Shown here: one piece after another, positions 49,932 to 63,790 of the stretch
Position numbering within the stretch: position 1 is the stretch's first letter
How the letters are laid out: each line of letters begins with the position of its first letter
Origin: Octopus sinensis
Lineage: Eukaryota
Assembly: GCF_006345805.1 (NCBI RefSeq)
Contig: NC_042998.1
Coordinates: 96,472,001-96,536,000 of the forward strand
Reading direction: 5' to 3'
Length of the DNA: 64,000 nucleotides
Notes under the pieces: generated by a model
What the model was told of the DNA's origin: nothing
Seen by the model: only the letters and a program-made list of their open reading frames with translations
Database searches by the model: none
Program-made: the position numbers and the translations under genes

Positions 49932-50325
49932 CAGGCATGGCTTAATGGTTTAAGAAGCTTGCTTTGCACCCATATGGCTTCGGGTTCAATTCCATTGCGC
50001 ACCACCTGGGTCAAATGTCTTCTACTATATCTCCCAGCCGATCAATACCCTGTAAGTAAATCTGGCAGGTGGAAAATGTGTGGAAGTCTGCTGTGTGTGT
50101 GTGTGTGTATGTTTGCGTTTGTTTCTATGTCTGTCCCCACCAACTACTTGACAACCGGTGTCTATTTATTTACATCCCCGTGATATTGCGTTTCGGCTAA
50201 ACAGATCGATAGAATAAGTACCACACTTAAAGAGAAGTACCAGAGTCGATTTGTACGACTAAACCCCGTCAAGGCAGTGCTCCAGTATGGCCACAGTCAA
50301 TGATCGAAACAAATAAAAGGAAGAT
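49932..50325 (+). mobile_element. SINE family 1, full length, diverged
   Basis: CAGGCATGGCTTAATGGTTTAAGAAGCTTGC...GGGTTCAATTCC...(TG)n...GGCAGTGCTCCAGTATGGCCACAGTC. Confidence 0.85.
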
Positions 50326-51459
50326 AAACGATACAGCGCCTCAAGCACCCTATATCCAATATATTTTACGTTTTATAAAATTGTAGGACGAAGAAGATTT
50401 GGCTGCTATTTCTAGTAGGTCGTGTAACCATGCATCCAACTATTTATTTGTGGGTGGTCCAGCTGTATGGATAAATGTACTCATCACATATTTAAAGGTT
50501 ATTCATTTTATTTATTTCCTTATCCGTTTGAAAAATGTTTAGTTTTTTTTTTCCGCCGAAGGGATGTTTGAAGACTGTGATGACACGGTGTGTGCTGTAT
50601 CATAGAGTTTGACATTTATGAGATTTATGGAGGGGAGTTTGGCGAGAACCAAGTCAGGTTATATCAGTCCACGATGTATTGTTTTTAGATTACTGCTGTG
50701 GTTGCCTTCTTTTGGACCAAATGTTGTCGTCGTTGGTGGTGGTGGTGGTGGTGGTGGTAGTGGTGGTGTTGTGGTTGCTGCTACTGCTGAATGATTTTTC
50801 TCTTAGTGCAGGTGTTATTGCTGTGGTTTAATTTTCTCAGGTCAACACACAGAAAAGACTTATGATCAAAGGCTTTCCAGCCTTGACCATCTCCTCTTTT
50901 AAGAGTATGTCAGTCTATATATACTAAGGCGGCAAATTGACGGAGTACTAGTCAGAGCATATAGATAGAATGACACGTGGTATTCATTGCAAGTTCAAAT
51001 CCCGTTAAGGTAACCTTTCCTCATCATCATTTAGGCATCGATAAAAAATTGTAATTCAGGACAGCGGGTCGTTGGAACTGATGAAGAGTGGCTCGAGGAC
51101 CATTGTCCGCGTTTCTGTTCGGTAGAGGACTATTGGTATAATATAACAACTGTTCACTAGCCTCAATTTTAGGTGCAGTGTTATGTCATTTGAGAAAAAG
51201 ATATGGGTCATCTAAATGCTAAGGGTGATCCGAATAGTTTTTTTTTTCTAAGAAATATCACAATCCGTCTAAACACTTATTACCATCACAGCGCCATCAT
51301 CTAAGCTCTAGACCCAAGGAGGTGCTACTGCTCAGGGCAACTACTAGGTTTGATTATTATATCGACCTTAGTAATGAACTGATGCATATTTTATCGTATA
51401 GTTAAACTAACCCCAAAAGAGTCGATTAAACTTACGTAGTAAAAGAACGCAACTAAATA

Positions 51460-51890
51460 TCCTTTCTACTATACGCACAAGGCCTGAAATTTGATTACAT
51501 CGATCCCAGTGTTCAACTGGTACTTATTTTATAGAACCTGAAAGGGTGAAAGAAAAAGCTGACTTCGGCAGAATATGAACTCAGAACGTAGAGAGACGAA
51601 ATGCTACAAAGTATTTTGCCCAGCGTGCTAATGTTTCTGCCAGCTGGTCGCCTTAATGCTAATATTAATACTAGTTTCCAATTCTGGCACAAGGCCAGCA
51701 ATTTCAGGAGAAGGGTTAAGTCGATTACATCGATCCCAGTGCCAAACTGGTACTTATTTCATCGATCCCAAAAGGATGAAAGGCAAAGTCGACTTCGGCG
51801 GATTTTGAGCTCAGAACGTAAAGACGAACGAAATGCCGCTAAGCATTTTGTCCGGTAGGCCAACGATTTTTCTAGCACGCCGCCTTAAAG
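51460..51890 (-). mobile_element. Two tandem SINE family 2 copies
   Basis: CACAAGGCC...GATTACATCGATCCCAGTG...CTGGTACTTATTT...GAACTCAGAACGTA occurs twice. Confidence 0.85.
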
Positions 51891-52189
51891 CAGTCTTTCC
51901 GATCCTCTACCGTTAGCGCTATATAGCGTCCTTGTTTATGAATACTGATACAATATTATACAAACGCTTCTTTGGGTTGAGTCATGCCTTTACGAAATGT
52001 GGCGCTGAGGTACGTAACAACTCGCAGCAATACTGAGATACTATACAACAAAATAACAAATGAAATGAATTCATGATGACGTAAGTTATTAGTATAATTG
52101 CAGTATACATGTGTAGGCTTTGTGTGAATGAAAAGGCAGATCTTCCTCTTTTGTATATATTGTATGTGTGTTTCCATGTGGGTATATTT

Positions 52190-52410
52190 GTGTGTGTGCG
52201 CGCGCTTTCTCTCCAACGCCGTTTAACAACCGGTGCGGGCTTGTTTACGTCCCAGTAACCAAGCAGTTCGGCAAAAGAGACCGAGATGATAAGTACCAAG
52301 CTTTAAAAAGCATAAGTACTGGGGTTGATTTGTTTGACTAAATCCTCCAAAGTGGTGCCCTAGCATGGCCGCAGTCCAATAACTGAAACAAGTAAAAGAT
52401 AAAAAAAAAA
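52190..52410 (+). mobile_element. SINE family 1 tail
   Basis: CAACCGGTGCGGGCTTGTTTACGTCCC...GTGGTGCCCTAGCATGGCCGCAGTCC...CTGAAACAAGTAAAAGA. Confidence 0.85.
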
Positions 52411-52476
52411 GAAGATACATACACATACGTGCATGCATACATACATACATACATACATACATACATACATACATAC

Positions 52477-52508
<32 letters not shown>

Positions 52509-53081
52509 AACATCGGCTGCATCATGCAGTAACGTTATACGTTTTCGTTTCTTACAGTTTTCGAAGTCGACTCAACACCTGGATGTGGACCGACATAGAA
52601 GTAAAGAATTGATGTAAAATGTCCGATATTTGTATGGAAGCTTATGCCAGAATTATTGTAATATTCTGTACTATTTGAGGGTAACAACTAATGTATGTCT
52701 TATCTTCAGTCGTTCAACATAGGTCTTCTTGTATTTGCAGAGACGTGTATTTTAAAATACTTTGAGTAAAAGTTTCTTTGTGCGAGTCCAATTTTACAAT
52801 TTCAATTTCAATTTAATGAAATTATTTCGACTATTAAATTATAACAAATTACAATATTTGAAGTGGTTAAGTAGAGCGTAAAACATTTACGGTTGAGGAT
52901 CCGTGACGAAGGGCAAAAATTGATGGCTGGGAGTCACGTGTCAGGAACTGCATACATGCAGATGCACACTCACTCGCGTATAATACAGGTGTACGTGTAA
53001 ACAGATACAGAGAGAAATTTAGGCGTATATTCTTTCCTTTTTTCCTCCCACAAAACGTTCATTCACTCATACACACACACA

Positions 53082-53173
<92 letters not shown>

Positions 53174-53203
53174 TAGGTAGATAGATAGATAGATAGATAG
53201 ATT

Positions 53204-53253
<50 letters not shown>

Positions 53254-55519
53254 GACAGGTAGATAGATAATATATAGATAGATAGATATACATACCTACA
53301 TACATGCATACATATACATATACTCATACACATATATATACATACATATATCCATGCACACATACATACATATATCCATGCACACATACATACATACATA
53401 CATATATATATATATATAATCCATTCTACTATAGGTACAAGGCCTACACATACACACACACACACATACACACACACATACACACACACACACATGCAAG
53501 TACATAGAAACTTGCATATGCACACTTACGCACAAACACATATTCTGCACATATATTAATGGACATACACATACATTTTGTTCTAACAACTCCTTGCATG
53601 TGATGTGCTTGAGTTAAATAAAGTGTGCATTGTTTATGATGCGTATGTGTACACGTGCAAGTCTGCAGTATTTCTGTGCAGCGGCACATTTGCATGCATA
53701 CGTACTTGTTGGTATAGAGCAAACGTATTTATCGATTTGTTGGTGAGAAATTTTTCAGCTGCTCTGGATCTCTGACTCACACTGGCAAGTTAGAACATGG
53801 ATTGTCTTAGTTTAAGTTCCATATTCTTCTTCAGTGACATTTTCTCCTTCCTAAGAAATTCACTCACAATCACCCTACGTTACCAAATATATTTCATTTA
53901 TCAAATAATTAAATCCTTCTCTTTCTTGTTCTCGGTAAATTGCCAGCAAGTGTGTAAATATATGCATAGAACGCATGACTCATGGATAAATATCTGGGTT
54001 GCATTCATTTTTAAATCTAATCAATGATGGTAAAGTCTCTTTATTTTCATGTATGTTACATTTGAACCGTTTTGGAAACATATGGCTAACAGTTGTCTAT
54101 CGATATTATTGTTAGCAGTGTTGGTGGTGGTGTTATAGTTGTGTTTGGTAGCGTCACTGTTTTTATTTTCGATATTTTTGATGTTGTATGTTTTCGGTCT
54201 GACTGCCGCTCGTGTATTTCTATTGGAAACAAGATTTAAGTATTACAAATTAACTACTTTATATGTTCTACTGTGTACAAAATGATTTAAGAGTTGATTT
54301 TTTTTTTATTTCATGTTATTCCAGCTATAAATAGATTAGAAAAATGATGGAAACAAGGAAAAAGTTACAATTAATTAAAACATCAACAATGTCAAAAAAT
54401 AATCAAATAAATGGGTGTGCATACAAGGAGAACAATTAGTGAAACGAGGAAGTCAAATAGAAGAAATTCAGTCAATTTCTTTATTAACCACGAGGGACGA
54501 TACGAGGACAGACAAAACAAACATTGGGATCAGGAAATCGAATGAGACGAAACGTATGAATAAGCAATTAAATGAGAATGAGTGATTTACAAACAATGAA
54601 GCGGAGGACGCGGTCGACTCCACAAATCACATACTCAAACTGAAGACTTTGCTTTCTCCTTTTTGTTCTCGTTTAGACAGGTTCTTTCACTCGCAACATA
54701 CTTGCTACAGACTTCCATCTTTTACCAAACACACTGTAGGCTTGGTGGTAGTTGTTAAAAGCAAAAAGCCTCTTAAGTGCAGGCAAAAGGAAATGACAAA
54801 ATGCAAACTTGTGACGTTCATGCTTTTACCCCGAACATACAAGTCGTACTTGGTAGCCATCTCAATGGTTGAAAGGAAACAGTAGGAAAATGCATGAGCA
54901 CCGTAGAGAACTAGCAGTTTACTCAAATATATTTCTATCTTGTTCACTAACTCTTCCATACAAACAGGGAGGCTCATCCAAAAGAAATTAAGATGAACAC
55001 TTTTTCGTCATATATGTCGTATTAAGGATATTTAAGAAGCTGGTAAAAGCGTTAGCACGTCGGACAGAATGCTTAGCGGAATTTCTTCAGGCTCTTTATG
55101 TCATAAGTTCAAATTTCGTCAAGGTCGACTTTACCATTCACTCTTTCAAGATCGATTTATTATAATAATTATCATCTGAGCAATGGAATCGAGGTAATCG
55201 ACGTATCCCTCCTCTAAAATTCCTGGCCTTGTGCCAAAATTTGAAACCATACTGGCGGCAGTCACAGCAGAGCGTTGTTAGCCATTTATGACTGTAATTA
55301 AAATCACGCGAAAATAATTGATAGGAAATAAAATACTTAAGCGGGTGTGAAACTTTGTCTGGCCTAATAGGCTTAAACAGCAATCTAAAACATGCACATA
55401 AGCATATGTATTTAAACACACACACTCTTTCTCTCATAAAATCATACATACAAACATATGTTAGTGACAATGAATCAACCTATTACATTATGTGAGTGTG
55501 TGTGTATGTGTGTGTATCT

Positions 55520-55565
<46 letters not shown>

Positions 55566-56587
55566 ATAGGGAACAACTTTTCTATAACGTGTGATATAAG
55601 AAAAACACGACTGTGTTCAAGTTTGATCTTTTTTATTTAGGCATTTAGATATTTAACCTTAATAGCTTTCAAACTTTTTTTTAGAATAATAAAGTTTCAA
55701 GATCCACTAAGTCCATTGCTCAGGCGTCTCAGGACTTTCACAATCTTATTTTCAAAGTAAATTGTTGTAAAAGCGTATAGTCCACGCATTCTGCACCAAG
55801 ACACAAAGGATCGGGAGTAGAATTCTAAAACTTTACAATCCTCAGATCAGATTTTAAAATCATCTAGCAGCGCATCCTGTTATATAGTTCATAGCATTTA
55901 TACGTATGATGTATTTGTGTGTTTAAGATTTTGCTGTTTTTTTGTTGTTGTTTTTCTTTTGCTATTAGTAAAGCTTCTATACTTGTTGTTCTCATTTTTG
56001 TAGAATTCAATGTAAAATTACAGTGCTGTCACCCAGTGTTTATCTGTCTAATTTGATTGTATATATTGCATTATAATAGACTACAATGGCTTCTATCTGT
56101 AACTGCATGGTCATCTGACAAGAAAATATCATACTTGTGTGTATGACGTAACAATTCGATTCACAGTGTTTTTACAACTGTCACGTATACGTTAAAATTT
56201 ATATATCACATTAGCTCTTTTGACGAACATTTTGTGGCTTTGTATTGAAGACGATTTTCCATTCTGATATTATCATATATTCTAACTATAACAATGAGTT
56301 TATGGCAAGATTTGCTACAGGTTATGTTCAATTTCATGAGATTTTATATTAGTTTATTTTATAACCAGAGTGAATTTAGTTTTTATAATATAACGTGTAG
56401 TCTGAGTATTTTTAGTAAGTACTACATCTGTTACATCAGTCTTTGGTGAATTTGGTCTTTTGTTTATGCAAGTTATAGTCTACACATCTTTTAGGGTCCT
56501 CATTATTAACTAATGTCTCTCATATATAGGTTGGCTAGTCTGAGCTCGAGAAATATTCAGTTACGTGACATTGAATCAACTTATTAC

Positions 56588-56618
<31 letters not shown>

Positions 56619-56734
56619 CTGTCTGTCTGTCTGCGTACAGATAAGCATAGCCGTGTGACTGAGATCTCCGCATCCTCATCATGTTCTTGTCTGGTTCCAC
56701 AGCGCAATACTTTGTAGAAGTGTTTTTACTCTAA

Positions 56735-56776
<42 letters not shown>

Positions 56777-56777
<1 letters not shown>

Positions 56778-56960
56778 TTTATTAATAAAGCACCAAAGAC
56801 ATCATAAAAACTGTCCGACGATCGGGAACGTGAAACTCTGAGTAACAGTTTATGTGTTTATGTGATGTCTTTGCAGCTTTCTTAATAAAGTATATTACTC
56901 TACCTCCGTTATTCGAGTACTATTTTTTTTACATTGTTTCACATGTGCTTACACTGCTAT
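56777..56960 (+). mobile_element. Short (TA)n-flanked PLE-derived unit with hammerhead (56808-56851)
   Basis: AAACTGT-CCGACGA-TCG-GGAA-CGT-GAAAC-TCTGA-GTA-ACAGTTT; stem I continues into AAAGACATCA/TGATGTCTTT. Confidence 0.7.
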
Positions 56961-57003
56961 ATATATATGTGCTTACTCTGGTGTATATATACATACATAT
57001 ATA

Positions 57004-57051
<48 letters not shown>

Positions 57052-57060
57052 TATATATAA

Positions 57061-57096
<36 letters not shown>

Positions 57097-57314
57097 TTTT
57101 TATACGGAGAGTGAGAGAAAGGCATGTATATGTATTCGTGTATACATATACATATATATACACACACAGTTGTGTGTGTGTGTGTGTGTGTGTAGTGAAG
57201 CAAATGCCAATAGCAAAAAACAGAAACAACTAATTTACAAGGGATGTTCACAGTTTATATTACGATATAATCTGGTTGATACTCAAGGAAGGAATAAAAG
57301 TTATAGAATAAGCG

Positions 57315-57350
57315 TTATGACGTTTCGGATATAGTTCTTCGTCGGATGAT
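57315..57350 (-). ncRNA. Degenerate hammerhead motif (GAAACGTC type)
   Basis: Minus: ATCAT-CCGACGA-AGAACTATATCC-GAAAC-GTC-ATAA. Confidence 0.4.
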
Positions 57351-59054
57351 AGTGGAATATCCAGGAGGAACTAAGAAGAGGAGGAAGAGAAGAAAGGAAA
57401 TAAAAAGGAGAACCAAGAAAAATGCATATGGGTTAGGTTCATGTGTTCGACTCCTGACTTCAACCATCACGTAAATACAAATAAACTTGTATAAAATATA
57501 GCTTTGTTGCTACACAAATACTGTACAACAGTTCTGATATTCATATCCCTAAAGAGATTCATTTTATTTAAGTCCTTATTTTTCTGCACCAATCCACATC
57601 CAGTTTTTCTGTCGATTTGCAACACTGCAGAAATATACATCTAACACTTTTTTATGATGTAGTCGATGCGTGTATGTGAGTGTACATGTGTGTGTGTGTG
57701 TGTGTATGTGTGTGTGGAGGGGTGTGTATGGTGGCGTATACCTTATGCAAAATTGATGTTGAAATGCACTTCTACACTATAATGAGAATACAACGTGTAA
57801 CTTTTAGAATATATTAATGGTTGAATAAATCGATTTCTTCTTGAGTACTATACGATTTTCAGGACTGCCTTCTACACGACACCAATTAAAACTCACATCT
57901 TTCAACAGAAATAGAAATTGTTGATTATTAATTTGCAGTAAATGGCAATGAGCGCCGTACAGTTAAGGCTTTTAGAGAGCTAAGTATTTCGATTTATAAC
58001 TAAAATACGTAATCTCAAAATATTTAAACTAACATTAACGTATAAGTAAACTAAATATAACTATGTGTTGAATTTTAAAGAAAAACTATACTCGTTAATG
58101 AATAATTAAACTTTCATTAATTTTTTTTTTTTTACAGTCATGTACATAGTAAACACTGACTTCTTCAATAAAGGAAGGCGTTCTTTGTATTTGCGAAAGC
58201 ACATGTACATTGGCTGGCACAGGAAAGTATAATTGTTTTGCAGTTAAATGATTCAGAGTCTCCAACAGTACAAATTCGATGTCTAGAAATAACAATATTG
58301 CGGTGAGAAATAACAATAGTTAATATGTTCATTTTTGCGTAAAAGTAGAGGAGAGGAGAGAACTCCCGTTTTAACCGGTTTTATTCTGACATCCTCAGTA
58401 AAGTATAGCTTTCTCTTTACTTATCAAAATTGTGGTGAAAGAACCAAAAAGTGAATATATATGACATACAGTTTAACTTCAACCGCTGATGTATCTCAAA
58501 AAGGCATCAACTCATGCAATCTATTTCTTGTCTGTTTGTTTTTAGGGGTTTTTTTTCTATAAATGTGGAGTTTTGTGATCATGAAGATAATTAATATATG
58601 ATAGGTGAGGACTATATCTACTGTTCAAATTGACGTCATGTGACATTAATGTTTTTTTTAATGATGAAATATTCTTTTAATCATGAAACAATGCTTTATT
58701 GTAACAAATCAGTCGTTTTTAATCTGTTCGACTTCAGGCAAAATTAAAATTACATGAAAGTTTTCTTTAAATTACATTTAAAAAGAAACTATTTTTAGAG
58801 TTAGGAATTTAGAAAAAAAAGTAGCTTCAGAAGTCCCAGTTGTATATAACAAAATTATGGACAACACGCTTTTCATGATACTGAAACATTAATATGCGTT
58901 TTCTAAAGTCTTAAATATTTAAAGATCCAGTTATGACTTGCAGCACACTTGCGTGGCGCACTGTTTAAGAACTGTTTAAGAACGCCTGGTCTAAATAAAC
59001 ATTGCCACATTATTTAAAACTCAGTAGTTTCTTCTATACCCTACAATTATATTT

Positions 59055-59300
59055 TTATAATTTGAACTCAGAACGCAAAGAGCCGGAACAAATAGCGCGA
59101 CGTAGCATGTCGGATGATGTTACAGTTCTGCCAATCCACCGCCTTGGATTCCTTACTTTTCTCATCGTCCGCGAAAAAAAAAAAATGAATGATAATGTGG
59201 ACTTCGACGGGATTTGAAATCAGAACGCAGCGATCAATATGGGATTAACATTCGCAAAGCATTCTCTCCGACGCTCTAACAATTCTGTCAATTCACCTTC
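59055..59300 (-). mobile_element. Two partial SINE family 2 copies
   Basis: ATTTGAACTCAGAACGC and GGGATTTGAAATCAGAACGC heads. Confidence 0.65.
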
Positions 59301-59682
59301 TAACATTGCTCAATATAACACCAACAAACCACAAAAAAAGCAGACTATCTACTGTTTTTCTAATTGCATCAGCAGCAGCATAAAATCAACATTAGAAGAA
59401 CTGGTTCAGTGAGTGTACGAGTAAGTGTAATTAATTTTTCATTATTGCGTGCGTCTCCTGTATTTCTTTTCCTACATTTATTTTTACTTTCTGCTTGTTT
59501 TTCCCCCCTTGACTTTGTAAATGTTATTTCACAAGTAGTTGATCTACTTTATTCAATAAGCAATATTTTATCGTTAATTTCCTCGTTGGTATTCTTGATA
59601 TTCCAGACAACTTTATGAAAATAATAAATGTCGACGCTATATTCATTTATATATGATCTTTCTACTTATGTTTATTTTATTT

Positions 59683-59721
<39 letters not shown>

Positions 59722-60542
59722 CTCATTTATCGCGTCGATGTTGGGGCCGGAAGAATTAATTATATAATATTATATTTAACATTTCGTCAACGTATTGATT
59801 CCATAACAAAACTTTAGAACTAACATTAACAAAGTTTTATATTTCATAAATATGAAACAATAGATATCCGGAAGTTTCTAGGTAATTGTATTTGGCTTTG
59901 ATATATAACTGGCGCAGTCAACGTTAACAGCCGTATATAATATAACAGTGATTAGACGACGCAATATTGCAATTAGTACCATTCTTTAATTGAATCAGTC
60001 TTAATGAACCCTATTTCCACATCATTTATTCACCCGCTTTTATTTTCGCGTGTGAAATTACTAATGATGTGTTAATACGACCCAAAGCAAAGATCTGCAC
60101 TTATATTTATATTTTCCGTTGGTGTTCGACAAGTTGTTGAATCTATTGTGAAATGCTTGTTGCCATTTTGGGGGTTGCTTTAGTTAAGTTCGCCGAGGTC
60201 GTTATCGTTATGACTGGTTGCAGTCGTCATCATCATCACCATCAATATCATCGTAGTCGTCGTCATCATCATTATCATCATCATCACCATAATCATCATC
60301 GTCATCATCATCGTCATTATCATTACCTTTACTAACCACAACGATATATAAGTACTACCATATTATTATTACTGTTGTAATGAAGGCACTTAGTGTTGTA
60401 ACTTGATGACAATACAATATAAGAAAAACAAACTACTAAACTATTTTAAATCCTCAAATTAATATCATTCTAATTAAGCCCTGCTGAGAGCAAAGAAGTT
60501 TACTGAACTTGCAATTACTGCCTTTGCAATTATTCTGCTAAA

Positions 60543-60610
<68 letters not shown>

Positions 60611-60990
60611 TGTGTGTGTGTGTGTGTGTGTTATATGAAACGCGGAGTAGATGAAACAGGGACAACTGATGAAGGAAATGTTCTTTATGGTGCATGTCTC
60701 GTTTCTCTGGTTTTTTTCGTTGTTCGAAAAAAGTTCGTTTTCTATGTTTTTGTCTTTTATGTTTTCGTTTCTCATTGCGTCTACGTTTTTTGGATGTTCT
60801 GTACCTATATATGCATGTATATATACATATATATGTAGGTATGCACATATATGTATGTATATATGCATATATTTATATATTATTTATATTGTTTTTTTTT
60901 TCCTTCTTCTTTCAAATTTGCTTCCATTTCTCGCCGAGCGTCTTCTCGACTCCATTTCTTGCCGAGCATCTTCCCGACTCCTAGGTCAAA

Positions 60991-61052
<62 letters not shown>

Positions 61053-61053
<1 letters not shown>

Positions 61054-61404
61054 CTTTTACTCTTTTACTTGTTTCAGTCATTTGACTGCGGCCTTGCTGG
61101 AGCACTGCCTTCAGTCGAGCAAATCGACCCCAGGACTTATTCTATGCTTAGTACTTATTCTATCGTTTCCTTTTGCGGAACCGCTAAGTTACGGGGACGT
61201 AAACACGCCACCATCGGTTGTCACACGCACATATATATATACGACGGGCTTCTTTCAGTTTCCGTCTACCAAATACACTCACAAAGCTTTGGTTGGCCCC
61301 AGGCTATAGGAGAAGACTCTTGCTCAAGGTTCCACGCTGTGGGACTGAACCCGGAACCATGTGGTTGGTGAGCAAGCTACTTACCACACAACCAATCCTG
61401 CGCC
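61053..61404 (-). mobile_element. SINE family 1, full length with short centre
   Basis: Tail CTTTTACTTGTTTCAGTCATTTGACTG through head ...GGTTGGTGAGCAAGCTACTTACCACAC...TGCGCC. Confidence 0.9.
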
Positions 61405-61478
61405 TATGATATATATATATGTATATATATATATAATACACACACACACACACACATATACATATATATATATATATA

Positions 61479-61520
<42 letters not shown>

Positions 61521-61523
61521 ATA

Positions 61524-61623
<100 letters not shown>

Positions 61624-62079
61624 TATATTGTAACAGAAAAGGAGGAATTTCGATTATCCCCACGTGGTAAGTTGTAATATATATAAGAAATTAAAAAAAG
61701 AAAATACACACACTTTACGTAATTTTAATATAATTTCGCTATTCATGATATTATGGTTTACTTATTTGAATATGCATTTTCTTATGAAGAAATTTTTGTC
61801 CATGTTGTGTGGGATGATATTTACGAGTGAATGGGTTCACAAGTAGAAAAATAAGAGGAGGTAATTGGTTATCGTTATTATTGTTGTTGTTGTGAGCAAG
61901 GGAGATAACTGTTCAGCTTTCGGCAAGGGAGGGGAATATATATGTACACACAAAAAAAAGCGGGGTTCGAAAACTTGTTTAGTGAGGGGATTTATGTACA
62001 GTGATGTAATAGTTAATTGAAATATGTAAAAATATGAAAGTTAGTTATGCGTGCATATTAAGACATGTTCTGTATTTTT

Positions 62080-62740
62080 CAATGAAAAAAGTTTCTTTAT
62101 TTAAACGTTCTTGTGGAGAGATTATGTCTTTGCACTGGTAGAAGAGGAAGACTGAATTTTGGTTTGATGTTATCTGCACATTTTTCTATATGTTCACTGA
62201 GAGGAATTTGCCTGTATTGCGGGAAACGGATTTGCTCTTTATGTAGAGTGGTTCTCCTTCTCAAGGTCATACTCGTCTGTCAAATATAGTTGTGTCCGCA
62301 ACCCGAGCAGGTTATTACATAAATTAGATTCTCAGAGACACAAGTGAAACTAGTTTTAATTGTGAACCTCTGTCCTTGTTTGAAAATGAAATCCGAGCTT
62401 TCAAGTAAGTTGGGGCAGGTTTCACAGTTTGGGCGTCCACATTTTTTAACCGTTGGTATCGTGGTTGTTTTGTAAAGCTTCGCATTTGTTAGTAGTCTCT
62501 TTAGCGATTTGTGTTGCTTTTTGCATTTGAGGAGTTTGTGTGTTTTCAGGATGTCGTTCATTTTTGGATCTCTAGTTAGTAAAGGAAGATTTTGCACAAA
62601 AGTGTTGAATGCCTCACTATTTCTGGAGTTGTATGCTGATATAAATAGTAGTGTTTTGAGATGAGGTGTGCTGTTAAGATTTGTTGTTCTTGTGTCTATT
62701 TGTGTTTTTATGTCTATTTTTTGGCACGTTTAATTCCCTC
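62080..62740 (-). pseudogene. Penelope-like GIY-YIG endonuclease region
   Basis: KKCGRPNCETCP...FTCVSENLIYVITCSGCGHNYI*QT..TLRRR.TLH.EQIR...LSEHIEKC. Confidence 0.88.
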
Positions 62741-62877
62741 GTCTATAAACGAGAGTAGGTAATGTCTTTCAGTAAGCGTCGTTTTGAGGTCTAGAAGACG
62801 AAGGTCCCGAGTTGTTCTATCAGACGCTATTGTGCAAATTCTTTTTTGTCAAATTGAAAGGGATATTTATTTTGAAA

Positions 62878-62931
62878 GTGTCGCTGAAGAGGTCATAGAT
62901 GCGTGACGAAAGATTTCCGGACAATCGACAT
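62878..62931 (+). ncRNA. Degenerate hammerhead next to the Penelope fragment, opposite strand
   Basis: GTGTCG-CTGAAGA-GGTCA-tagatgcg-TGAC-GAAA-GATTTCCGGACAAT-CGACAT. Stems I and II are good; the NUH triplet is lost. Confidence 0.5.
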
Positions 62932-63254
62932 GAGTTAAAATAAGAACAGTAATAAGCGAGTGAAAACTGAATATATAGTGTGTGCGTTTATTTGGGGAAA
63001 AAATGACCATCTCGAAATACATTATCTGTTTCAACACACGGCTTCACTACAGAAATTTTGCCACACTAATTCATAAACGGATATTGGAGAGCTATGCATC
63101 TGAACCACTTGGAGACTTCATCTAGTTGTAACTCTTTTACATTGATTCATCTTTCAGACTTATACTCAATAAAGATATACAGAAATACATCAAATTTTGG
63201 TAATCTTGGTTTCATTGATTAATTGGGGGAATAAGGAAAGTGGTCTTAGACTTT

Positions 63255-63425
63255 GTAAAGCCGACTCACAAGCATCTTATATTTTAAGTTCAAATCCAGC
63301 CGAAGTCATTTTGCCTTTCATCCCTCCATGGCAATAAGATAATTACCAGTCAAGTACTAAAGTCGATGGTATTGACTAACACCCTTTCCTCAAAATTTCC
63401 GGCATGTGTGTCTAAATCAGAAATC
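63255..63425 (+). mobile_element. SINE family 2, diverged
   Basis: TAAGTTCAAATCCAGCCGAAGTC...TTGCCTTTCATCC...AATTACCAGTCAAGTAC. Confidence 0.7.
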
Positions 63426-63445
63426 ATTTTTATAGCTCTTTAAGT

Positions 63446-63790
63446 CAGTGTTACCCAACCTATTTTCCTCAACCGCACTATAATTTTCCGGAAAAATGTA
63501 TGCACCACCGGTGGTTGAAAGAAACAACTTTATTTTTTATATTTTATCACAATTATTTAATACAAAAAATCTACCGTAACTCTGTTATTAAGCACTGAAT
63601 ACAAAGGTAAAGTACATTATTGACTAAGATTCGAAGATATAATTTTGTTAGCTTCAGCCATAGATCACCACATTTTATAATTACAAGTCTGCTTCCCTTG
63701 GCTAGAAGCAAATCGTCAAAAGTACTAAATCCACACTCAACAAAATAAGACGTGGGGAAATGAATCAAAAGTTACTTTACTGCACTAGCA
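63446..63790 (-). mobile_element. hAT (Buster/Charlie-type) transposon 3' end
   Basis: IHFPTSYFVECGFS...LLLAKGSRL.I...GDL.LKLT dimerisation motif; TIR CAGTGTTACCCAACCT at 63446 preceded by CTTTAAGT (NNNTANNN-type target). Confidence 0.8.

Noticed and set aside
51078-51110. CTGATGA-AGAGTGGCTC-GAGGAC-CATT-GTC hammerhead-like string
   Set aside because: GAAA is replaced and no stem I forms; too degenerate to distinguish from chance.
52557-58290. Other isolated AG/GT-bounded open segments (52557-52600, 54670-54900, 58140-58285)
   Set aside because: Short, inconsistent in strand, no recognisable homology; such candidates are expected by chance in 64 kb.
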